NCBI GenBank assembly: GCA_964590345.1
Contig: CAZPVP010000001.1
Location: 131,954-195,953 of the forward strand
Direction of reading: 5' to 3'
Length of the DNA: 64,000 nucleotides
From: an uncultured Gammaproteobacteria bacterium
Lineage (GTDB): Bacteria > Patescibacteriota > Patescibacteriia > CAIXNZ01
The notes under the pieces are model-generated. The model made no database searches and was not told where the DNA came from. It was given only the letters and a program-made list of their open reading frames with translations. The stretch's first letter is position 1. Every line of letters begins with the position of its first letter. A program made the translations under genes and the position numbers. This document shows positions 39,401 to 50,200 of this stretch, in pieces.

Positions 39401-41217
39401 CCGCTTTTGCCGTCATCATCAAGGTCAAGCGCTGTATATTGATAAACATAAGCCCCGTCATACTCGCATTCAGTGCCGCCCAAATTAAATGAACCGTTTA
39501 ATCTAAGATTTTCATCACAATCCGAATGAGTGCCATAAGCAAAACTGGCATTAATCTCATCCCAGCAAGTCTCTTCATCATAACCGGGCGGACAAATGCT
39601 GCAATATTGGTCATCAACGCATTGCTGGTCAGCCGGGCAGCCAGTTAAAGGATTACCAGCTTCATCGCGTGAACAAATATTTTGGCAATCTGCCTGCTCA
39701 ATAGAATCCTGGCAGTCATAAGGCCCTCTATTTTCAGTTGACATAATATTTAAAGGATCAACTGGCAAAGCTGCTCCCAGCTGATTGCCCAAAGCAGCCT
39801 GCCATGACGGCCAAATGGAAATTGAATGTCCGCTAACAAAAGTGCCGGCCTCTAAAGTCGGATATTGGCCGTTTCTATTGTAATAAGTTCTAAGCAGGTC
39901 TTTTATATCATTCAAATCAGATAATCTAATCGTATCTCTACGCAATTGTTCTTTAATCTTTTCCACCCCTAAAACACCTACTTTTTCAATCAAATTAACA
40001 TTAAAATTCCAATTTTCTAACATTTGATTGAAAATATCAACTGTTGGTGTTGCTGCGGCTTGATTATAGGCTATAACATAAATATTAGTGAAAAAAAACT
40101 TTCGCAAACCGCATTCAGCTTCTTCAGCACAATCCGCATCCTCGCCGCACTCTTTGCCGTCATCAGGCCCGCTCAGACAAACATTTCTTTCAACCAAATT
40201 AGCTGCATTAATATAAATAGTTCGGTCATCCCTGACAGCGTCATAACCGTCAATTGTTATCCGTTCAACAGCTGGCGAAGGATTAACCACGTTTTCATTG
40301 TACCAAGTTAAGGGATCTTTGTTTTTTAAATTTTGATAAATCCTAACGCCAATAATATCATCAGCCGGCACAATACCGTCAATTGAGACTGAATGGACTA
40401 CCGGATTAGTATCTAAAATTTGATCATTATTTAAATCAGCATTAGTAAAATTATTTAAATATTCCGGCAGTGGATCCTGCCGATCGCTAAAATCCCACCA
40501 ATAATCGCTCAAAAAATGGAGATGAATTGTATGATTGCCAGGGCTTAAATTGTCAATTAAAATTTCTCCTTCTTTAACCTCGCTGGGATCTGTATTTTTT
40601 ACTATAATAAAACCTTTTTTGTTTTCAGCTTCTTCGCCGTCAACATAAACACTAAAAACAAAACTTCTAACCAAATTATAAATTTGCATTTCTGATGTGC
40701 CCAGCGCAGTCAAGTCATCTTTTGAAATTCCTTCACCAATATAAGCTAAAATCGCATCAAGATCTTCTACTTTCTTATCATCAAGAATAAAATCAATTTG
40801 CTGGACTGTTAAATTTTCAAAATTATCCTGATCATTGGATACTCTGATTTTAAAAGCATAATCATCCTGCTCTGTAACATTAAAATTATAACGCAATTTA
40901 GCTGGCTTTGAAGCCAAAACCCCTGCGCCGTCCACCCATTCTTTAATTTCACCTTCATCATCAAAAGGCGGCAAGTCAGGGCAAGCAAGATAACCTTGCT
41001 CATCATCATAATAAAGCTTGTAACCTTCGCATTCTGTGCCTCTTTTTTGCAAAGGCGTGCCTTCTTTTTCATAAGAGCTAATCGGAAAAAAATATTCTTT
41101 TAACAAAACATCTTCACCCAAAACGTCTACTTGGCCAAAAGCAAAAAAGGGCAGAATTAAAAAGATTACAAAAGCGATAATGAATAATGAATATTTATTT
41201 TTATTTATCTTTGTCAT
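36403..41217 (-). CDS. Large exported mosaic protein (duplicated beta-domain, pilin-head-like segment, CGDG Cys-rich repeats, DUF1566)
   Basis: Signal peptide; several CGDG(I/F)(V/I)Q...GE.CD (DUF4215/Myxococcus-type) repeats; RMPTISELYSL...YW...KVRC. Confidence 0.82.
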   Translation of the reverse strand: MTKINKNKYSLFIIAFVIFLILPFFAFGQVDVLGEDVLLKEYFFPISSYEKEGTPLQKRGTECEGYKLYYDDEQGYLACPDLPPFDDEGEIKEWVDGAGVLASKPAKLRYNFNVTEQDDYAFKIRVSNDQDNFENLTVQQIDFILDDKKVEDLDAILAYIGEGISKDDLTALGTSEMQIYNLVRSFVFSVYVDGEEAENKKGFIIVKNTDPSEVKEGEILIDNLSPGNHTIHLHFLSDYWWDFSDRQDPLPEYLNNFTNADLNNDQILDTNPVVHSVSIDGIVPADDIIGVRIYQNLKNKDPLTWYNENVVNPSPAVERITIDGYDAVRDDRTIYINAANLVERNVCLSGPDDGKECGEDADCAEEAECGLRKFFFTNIYVIAYNQAAATPTVDIFNQMLENWNFNVNLIEKVGVLGVEKIKEQLRRDTIRLSDLNDIKDLLRTYYNRNGQYPTLEAGTFVSGHSISIWPSWQAALGNQLGAALPVDPLNIMSTENRGPYDCQDSIEQADCQNICSRDEAGNPLTGCPADQQCVDDQYCSICPPGYDEETCWDEINASFAYGTHSDCDENLRLNGSFNLGGTECEYDGAYVYQYTALDLDDDGKSGDGYLLNYRLEYAEEEICSPGQCFFANRCYQPGTCLAGCFDNNNNGVIEDEECEFPEHKNVYCYLGKWTSSCGDGFVQERCGEACDPNRPLAADESWCDQQYGEQDWHNEENISGSCSPECEWQEFGLIGYMPQSYTPQVDDIDCGGYCGDKIQQALYGEQCDLGFSPAPLKRPEQGGPGGIIQSLQYMCSGVSAIGETGEILDKTGSECTNFADDHDKEDFFSCSPPLDSERVSLSDSAITSLGGFKVSYEFNIEEAGNYTFKLQTANSGDKINNLTDEQIDYLFFLKNEGTENLYNLTPEGGLSIPEYGDIAADDGQRNNLLRSLIFSVYLDDDDEENKIGSIVVPANNENQIQSGSISVGGLTAGQHTIYLHFVGDHFWLLFSDLNLPDYLDNFSNVDLDEDQDLDINPIIYSVSLFSPELDVGDCQTYGGWCGDGIVQSNFGEQCDIKNYSPPFPEETTSLVNGVRPQYKCGNDPVTGKICQYRGGYCGDGIIQEGFGENCDDRVGFSCTTDADCGAGGFCANNTCQSFNCNDVCQATFCGDGIVQRPNSEGLYEICDWGDDPLCAFDCQHIKMGGECNHDSSSVSSCDPETNSNCLTCDTNLSCTIRNFGDAGPRRCLGTRGSMGCSSNSDCILSYYCDLTTTRCQPEISTYLKYHSKEKTKEPLYTLPPPSPIEACDPTDTDCLTYDVNISECPDLVTIITEQETYYLADLCTGINWSSTDNISRPQWDYQNALENACIGATRMPTISELYSLVRQTGQGLLYADKEKLRLCPANCTYDENEADLCSDCPDDNYLYWSNTCVAKDDEDNCTKALAVNFKYGSIEEYPTSSAKFKVRCLKDTACGNGVIEEGESCEFYVDMEGNLLEQEIARQCTEFGYDGGFLHCDQISCTFKKDDCYFNSGYDKSCEDICQAEKGLACESVGLNITEKDDVNFAGNRYLMNIDSQGNYCEKRGNIGCDYEFVNRERNCYDPDTGQYAPFNSEYSYCNCKEEE

Positions 41218-41255
41218 AAAAATATTTTATTATAAAAAATAAGTAGCAAATTTTA

Positions 41256-44200
41256 TTAAAATCTAATTGGTATTTCTATGCCATTCTTATATTGCCTTAA
41301 ATCATCAAAATTTGTATAACCGCCAAAATTATTATCATATATATATATTATACCAGCTACTGGCGTACATTGACACTCCTCGCCTGGCAAATCACCGCAA
41401 ATAGAGCCTTCTAAATCCTTACACGTGCCATAACCATTACAATCATTATCATCTGAACATTGCCTGCCAGTCATAAACTTTGCGGTATCAAATATTTCTT
41501 CTCTCATTGTAGTGCGATCTTCACCAGTCGCGCTATCAACAATTTGCCATTCTTTTTCAGGGTCATCTCTGATCGCCCAAACAACAGCATTAGCATTGTT
41601 TGAATCATCCACGCTATAACTATAACTAGCCTCTGGCCAAGGGTTATTACTGCCGCCAATTTTAAATCTAATTTCATTGCCTTCAATTAAAAAGGCCTGT
41701 GAATGCAAAACTCCAGTTGGCTTCGTATCTTGAATATCAGTAGTTTCTTCCCAGTAATTGCCCCTATATCTTTCATATGTGCCTATCCACCAATTGCCTT
41801 GAATTTGAGAAGAAATCCCGTCCCGTTGCGAAGTAATATCAGTATAAACTGGCTGAGAATCAAAAGCAGTGCCTGTTGCCTCAACCCAATTAAGCAAATT
41901 GCCATACTCAAAATCAGTATTCGTTAAATTACTCAAATTAGCTACATCTGGAAATAACCAACGGGCAGCCGGCAAATCACCAGCCGGGCCTGGCGGTCCG
42001 GCATCACGGCAATAATAAGTTTGGAAATTATAAGCATTGATTAGGCTGGAAATCGGGAATTTTTCTTGAATTGAAGGCCAAGGATTTTCGCAAAGCAAAA
42101 TATAAACATCAAAATTTTCCTGCGCAGGCGGCTCAAAGCTGCCTTTAGCCTGTGCTTCAATCGCTAACTGGGCAAAAGCCTCTTCTATTGGCTTTGCTGT
42201 GACAAAAGTTATGCCTGTATCATTTTGAACTTTATAATCATCTTCTGAACTGTCACCGCCGGTTAATTCTGGCTTATCATTATATATTTCTATTGCCCGT
42301 TGCGGATCTGTATCATCGGTTTTTGACCATTGATAATTAGCTTTTAAAGAAAAACCTTTTTTTGATTTGCCAATCGCATCGTATTCATGCTGATTGCCTT
42401 CTGTAGCAGGATCCTGGTCAAAATCTAAATCTAAGGCACAATCATCCCTGCCAGCACACATAAACAAATCATCATCTCTAAATTCAGCATTTCTATTATC
42501 CCAAATTGTGAAAGGCTTGCTATAAACAGAAACATCAATCCATTCAACATTGCAGATTCCGCTTTGAGGATCATCAGCTTCACCCAAAGTTTTGAAACCA
42601 AAAATATAATCTTCAGAATCAGCTAATGGATCTGGCCAGGGCGAATTGCTGTTATCTAATTGGCCGCCGGCTAAACTTTTTATACCTATTTCACCGCCTA
42701 TAATAGTTACCTGATAATATTGTTCAGAGTCTAAAAAATTATCAGTAAACAAAGAAACTATTGTTTTATCATAAGCATTTAAAGTTTCCAATTCATATTC
42801 TTCACTGCTAAATTCAGTGCATTCTTGAGCCAAGGCTTGCCTGTCATAACCGACCAATCTCTTGAAAATATTTTTAAAATATTGGACTGTTTTATAAACC
42901 AAACCTTTATTTTGCTGCCGGGCAAAAGTTGAATCGCTGCAAGAAGCAATCCTGATATGATTTTCCAAAGTGCTTTCATCAATTAAATCATCAAAATAAA
43001 TATCAACAATACCATTAGTGCAAAATTCCTCTTCGCCATGATTCGGCATTGTAGCCTGAACTTTAAATTGCGGCAGCTCTAATAAACTACAAGCAGAAGT
43101 ATCAAATTCACATTGTTCATTATGGCCAGGCGGATAACAACTTAATTCCCCTGGCTCAAGCTCCAAAGTTTCGCAAGTTTGATTATTTAATCCAACAACT
43201 GTACATTGCCACTCTTCACCGCAATCACAATCTTCCATATAATTTAATTCCGGATAATTACTGATTATATTGTTGCCGCATAAATCTAAAATCGAGCGGC
43301 AATCATTGCCAATGCAAAACATTAAATTGCAATCATCTGCGCAGTCAGCATAACATTGATCTATTTCTTCATCAGGTCTTTCAGAAAACAATTTTTGACA
43401 AATTTCTTCTAATTCGGAATCTTCTATTTCCGGCATTGTGCCGTCATCACACATTTCACCTAAACCACGGTCAATGATTTTGTCACCGCAAGCGCCAAAA
43501 CTAACATCAAAACGCAAAGCACTGCTTAAAATATCCTGGCCATTAATATCTTTAGAAACCTGTACTTGATTCCTGCCTGTACCAAAAGTCGTACCATAAC
43601 CAGCAGCATCTTCTGGCACCTTAAAACAAATATTTTCATTTGCCCATCCGTCATCAGCCGGACAAGCATTAAATTCTTGCTCATTAATATAATCAGTTAT
43701 TTTAAAGCTATAATCATCAGCTGATAAATCAGTATCATACAAGCCATTTTCATTAACATCAATAAAAAGTTCGCCAATCCCTTCCTTTTCATCATAATCA
43801 TATTGATTATTGCCTTCTGTTCCGTCCGGGTTTGAACTGCTGTCAAAATCATCTGAAGCAGGATCAGGATTTATTTCCGGATCATAGCCGTCTTCTTGCT
43901 CGCTTGGTAAGCCGTCAAGGCCGTAATCATACCAGGGCTCCCGTAATTCTGACAGTTCTGAATTTGGCCCAAATTTTATATAATCATTTGCTTGCAAATC
44001 AGCGAAATTCTCACCAATGGCTCTAACTGTTATGCCTTGATTGCCCAAATCAGGTGTTAAACGGCAAAGATTAGGAACTGAGACATCATCCACATCATAA
44101 TTAGCCGGATCCAAATGTTCAGTCGTATCTTCATATGGCGCGCCAAAAGCTGTAATTAACTTAATCGGCCCGTCAATTGCATCATTTAAATCATACCCTT

Positions 44201-47200
44201 CTGGCGGACAATCGCCTTCAGGGCAGTCCATATTTGGCTCAATATCCTGATTCGGCACTTCAACAATAACCTCGTCATAATCATCAGGATTACAGCGCCA
44301 GGTCTCACCGCAGTCTGGATTTTTTTCGCCCACATTTAAAGCTTCCTTAATATAACCAGTTGCTTGTTTGCCTGCCAAAACTTGTATTTCAACATCAGTC
44401 AATGCCCGGTCATAAATCCGCAATTCATCTATCTGGCCATAAAACCATGACTCCGGGGATTTTACTCCATCAGGCTTGCGTGCTTCTGAACCTACGCCAA
44501 TAAAACCAAAGCTTTGTGATCTTTCTTGGCCTGCGCCCAAACTTTTATCACCAGGGGTAGTTACTGCAGCTACTTGTTCGCCATCTACATAAATTCTTTT
44601 ATTGGGTGATGCATTAGTATTAAACCAGCCGCAAATATAATGCCAGTTTCCATCAGCATAATCGCTTTCTGTTGACAAATCACGTGTTTGATCTAAACTA
44701 TCTGTTGTATCCCAGCCAACATTTGCAGCTCCTGTAGGAACGGTGTCTTTCAAGGCCAATCGCCAAACTTCGCTCCTGTCAAAAGAAGCTATTATTTGAG
44801 CTTGTTGGCTGGAAGATTTCACCCGGGCGCAAACCGTAGTTTCTGGAAGCTCACTCTGGCCATAACTTATTGGCAAGGCAACATAATCGCCAGTGCCGTT
44901 TAAATTTAAAATACCTTGATCAATAGAAGCATCACCTTTTAATTCCCCGTGATATTCATTAGCTGAAGCATCGTTAGCTGTGTCATCATCAAATGAATAA
45001 TAAGCCTTATAATCCTGCAAGGAAGTCAAGTCTTCCATTTGTTCAGCTGTCTTGCCCCAGAAATAAACCTGGCCCGGATCACAGCCAAAATAACAGCCAT
45101 TCAATGCCACCCAAGTGCCGACAGCACCGCTATTTGGCGTAAATTCCATAATATATGGAGTACAACGGCCATTAATGCAACTGCTTGTGCCTTCACCGCA
45201 GGCATTACAATCCAAGTCAGTTTTGCACTGGTCTGCTGCGCCAGTTAAAGGGCAGGCTACATATTTAGAAATTCTATTTTTTTCTGCATCACGAACAAGC
45301 GATAATTCACCAGTCCAAAAGACTCTGTTTTCCCAGTCATAACCGCCGATTGCTTCATTTTCTTCGTTTGGTGAAAGATTGTTTTTGGACCAAGAAGTAA
45401 CATATTCTTCTGAATGCCAGTTAAGGGCGACCACGCCTATTGATGAATTATTATAATAATTAGAAATATAAATAATATTTTCATCAACTGCAATGCCCAA
45501 TGGGCCGGCTACGCCATTTGGCAAATCATCAACAGTAAAGCTTTTTACCAAGCGCCAATTATTTTTAGGATCATAAATTTTAACTTTATAGGTTTTTCCC
45601 CACCAAAATTTAATCTGTGCAACATTAAAGACATACTGGCCATTTGAATCAATTAATCCGCCATTTATCAGTGAGCCATTGCTTATATTGCGAGCTGCAT
45701 TAATTATCCCGCCCACAAAATTCAAAAACGGTGATGGCAATGAGGCTGATTGCTGTAAATAAAATTCATTAGTTTCATCATCAAAAATTATTTCCGGCAC
45801 CCACCAATTACCGCCTTCGGCATAAGTAAGCCCCGGATAAAATTTGCCGTCAGAATGATAAGTTATTGAAGGCAAATATATTACTTGCTCGCTGCTGTCA
45901 GGCTGGATCCTGTCACGCCAGACATATTCATTATATATCCTGCCCAATTCAGTGCCATTATAACCAGTGCCAATTTTATAAATAATATTACGGGGGTTAA
46001 CGCCAGAAATATTTGAATCATAAGATAGCCGCCAATTCCACCAAGTCGTATCTGTTCTGGCATATAAATATGTTCCGTCACTGGTTGAATTATAAGTATT
46101 AACATAAGATGCGATCTTGCCTGCCTGATCATGGGGCCTTATCGGGAACCCCGACAAGACTGCTTCTTTACGGCCGATTTTCCCGCTGCCAGTAACTTCA
46201 CAACCGCCAAAAACAGTAAAATTAACTGGATTACTAGGCACATCTTCATAAACAATGTCGTATTGGCCGCTTGGGCACCATGTACCGATACTAAAGCCAG
46301 CGCAAGCCCGGCCTGTTTCAATTCTTTTAGTCACTACCACTTCGCCGGTTTCAGCTCCGGCCGGCACATTGCCTGTAATAGTCTTATTATCCCAATAAGA
46401 AGTTGTGGCTATCGCCCTATCCGTAAAAATCAAATTGCTGTTTCCTTTTTCAACTTCAAACCTGTCGCCCTGAACAACAACTACTTCATCCGGCTCGCCA
46501 AATGTCGGCGTTATCTGACAAATTCCAGCGCCCAGCGGATCATCATTAACTTCATAATTGACTCGATTGCTTTCCAAGCCAGTCCCAGTTATTAAATAAA
46601 GATCGCCTGGCTCAGCGCCTTCTGGCACTTCCACAATGATTTGGGTATTAGTCCAATAATTATCACAAGGCGGCGGCGGAAACAAGGCTTCTTTATCATT
46701 ATAAAAGAAAACCTTACTTTCCCCTTTCACATACTCGCCAAAATTATAACCAGAAATAGTCACCCAAGTGCCGATTGGCCCGTTATCAGGTGAAATTTTC
46801 TCTATTACCGGCGGCAAATAAAAAGGCAAGGTATTGCTTTCAAGAGAATCTACTTGTTCAGTATTTTGTTCAGTATTGCCGGTTTCAAAATTTTCTACTG
46901 AATAAGTGCCTGAATCATATTCAAAATTGGAATTTATATCAGCATACTCGTCGCAGCCTTCGGTCTGGCCTTCTGCACAGGGAGTAAAAAAACCATCACC
47001 TGTTAAATCATTATATGGCTCTGAATAAGGATCAATGGATATTGAAACGTCTATTTCTGGATAACCAATATCACTAAACGGATTAATTGCTTCCACCAAT
47101 TTGTTGGTCCAGCCCCTAATATTCTCGTCTCCCAAAAAATCAGCGTCAAAAATAGTATAACTGCCTACGCCATATTCTTTGCCCTCATAAGTCGTTTTAT

Positions 47201-50200
47201 TGGAATCGCCGAAATTATCGCCATCCAAAGCAACTTCTGTCCCTTCCAAACCAAAATCAGGCTGCAAATCGCATAAGAAAGGATAAACATTTTCACTATA
47301 AATAAAAGTCCGATCACTTTTAGCTTTACCAAAAAGTGTTTGGACATAAACATATGAACCGTCTTTAGCGCCCAAGCGGCTCTGGATTTCTCCCTCGCTT
47401 AATGCCCGGTTATAAACAACTATTTCATCCAAAGCACCGGTAAATTCATTATCACAGCCGCCTAAGCATGAATCGCCATAAATATCCTGTTTATAATATC
47501 TGCCTGGTTCATCATATTCAGCTTGCTGGCCATTAAGGTAAATTTTCACTTTTTCACCGTCATAAACTCCGGCAAAATAATTCCATTGGTCAATATTTAT
47601 GCCATTTGAAGTTTCGGCATAAACAGATGAACCAGTTTTTTCTCCCTCATCAGCCACAAAAACACTAAAGAGCAAACTATCATCAACTATTCTCACTGAC
47701 AAATTATCGCCTTGCTCAAAGATCACATTGTCTTGAGTATCACTAACTTTAAACCAGCCCTCAATAGTTATGCCTTTATAAAAACGCAAAGCCGGATTAT
47801 CAGCAATGTTTATATGATTATCATTATTAAAACTAATTGCTTTGCCATAGCGCCCTTCGTCAATTCTAAAGCTCTTGCTTGGATCAGCAATTGAAACTCC
47901 CTGAAAATTATTAACTGATGAATCAATAATTTGTTCTCCTGTACCTTCAAAATTAAGCAATAAAGTTTGACCTGATTGCAAGCCATAATTATTACGGACT
48001 TCTCCTGCGCCTAAAACACGATCATAAATAGCAAATCCGTCCATTGTTCCTTTAAAATAATCTTTAATACCTTGGCTGTTTTTTGCACCAATTAAAACAT
48101 CAGTTTTGTTAATAACATCAGCTAAAAATCCTTGCTGACTTAAATTATTATTAGCTAAATTCCCTTCACTGGCTAAATATTGCAATTTAACGCCATTAAT
48201 ATAAATATTGTATTTTTCACCGTCAAAAGTATAGACAAGATGATTCCAGTTATTCCATTTGACTGGCGCGCCAATTGTTTTATTAAATTGACCATTAATA
48301 ACCAAATTCAAATCAGTGCCATTTTCAGTGCCACTTTCCAAATCTAACGAAAATAAATCATCTGAACCGTCAGAAGCGCTAAACAAAGTTTGTTGGCCTG
48401 CTTGCTCCGGCTTAAACCATAATTCAAGACTGCCCGTTTCCAAATCTAAAGTATTTGGCAATTTAACATAATCACTAACTCCATTAAACAACATAGCCTG
48501 GCCAAACTGATCACTAACTCTTTGAGGTGAGCCCATTATTTCGCCTTCATAATTGCCCAACTGATCTTCTAAAATAACTCCGCCAGTATCTTCAAAACTA
48601 TAAAATAAAATCATACCATTTCTATCCACTAATTCCGGCAAATTATAAGTGGCTTGTTGTTCTGCCTCCACTGGTTTGGCTTTGGGCGCTAAGACCTGAA
48701 TTATTTCATCTGTCCAAGGATCACCGCAGTCAACCAATTCAGCCGGCACTTCTTCAAAGGTAACCCCACCAGCCAAAGGCTCATCACCAAAATTCTTGCC
48801 GTAAATTGTCACATAAGCATTAATATCAGGATGAATCAGGCCATTGTTAGGGTAAATTCTATCAATTTCCGGCAGATTCAAATCAATTACCAATTCATTG
48901 TCTTCATCCTTTTCATTATCCGGTGAATCAGGAAAAACTTCAGCGCCAATATAAGTTAATCCCTGATCAATCGGTGTCGCTATTTGTTTATAATCAATCT
49001 TATTATTGCCCTCGCTTATTATATTGCCGGATTCATCACGAATACGCGGCCGAATATCTTGCTCTGATATAGTGGCAATGCCATAATCTTCCAATGTTTC
49101 TGAAGCTTCTTCTCTGGTACCATCACTATAAACTTTATACCACGTCCAGTCATAAGCATTACCATTCAAAATATTGCAATTTTCAGCCAAGGCAAAGGCA
49201 TTATATTCCTGATCTTCAGTAATTAATTCTATTAATGCTTCTTGGGGATTAACCACGACGTTATCAATTTCACAAGCTTCAGCTGAATTTCTGATTCTAA
49301 AATGCCAAGAATAATCTCCGCCTTCAATGCCGTCAAAATCACCATCCAGCCAATAATTACCCAGCTCTAACGCCGATTTAATGCCATCACGACCACTTTT
49401 TAAGGTCACTTTATACCAAGTATTAGGCTTTAAATAATTATCCGGATGTTCTGTCCTTGGCTCAAAAACAAAGCCAGTATCTTCATTAATTGTATCTATT
49501 GCTAAAGGTTCAAGCGGCCTTGGCGAACAAAGATTTTCCTCAAAAGCACCATCATCATTACATTTCTGAACAATAATAGTATTTTTATTTAAAGAAGCTA
49601 CATCCATCTTTTGGGTAAAACGGGCTGAAATCCAAATATTGGCACAATTATCAACTGAATTTTTCCAAGGTGTCGGGCTTTGTGTGTTCTCTTCACAAGG
49701 CAGCTCTTCAATAACTTGGGGTGGTTCTACGTCAATATCTAAACCTGTTGTAAAAGACCATTTATAAGTGCACATTGGCGCCACTTCCATTTCGCAGTCT
49801 TCTGGCAAACGGCAAACGCCATCTAATTCACAGCAAATTAAGCCCGTATTTTCTGTATCACAAATACTTGGATCATCACGGCAATCAATTACTTCAAATT
49901 GCATTTGATTGCTTACCAAACCATTTTGATCAATTAATTCAACTGGACCTGTTACTGCTCCTTCAGGAACAGTCATTGGCAATCCGCTCCTTACTTGGCC
50001 AGAACCAACTTGATTTTCAGTCCAATAATTTGATAAATCATCAGCAACTTCTTTGTCATCCCAAAAAAATACTTTGCTTTGCTCTGAATCATAATCATAA
50101 CTATCAAAATTTTCGCCGTAAAGCGTAATATCAGTAGTGCCAATTGGACCCTGATCAGGCTCAAGCAAACAAATGCCTGGCCTCAAAGGGCAAGTCTCGG

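Noticed and set aside
21680-41217. Diversity-generating retroelement (Avd-like four-helix bundle plus DUF1566 targets)
   Set aside because: No reverse transcriptase and no TR/VR pair differing at adenines was seen in the window; remote targeting from elsewhere in the genome cannot be excluded.
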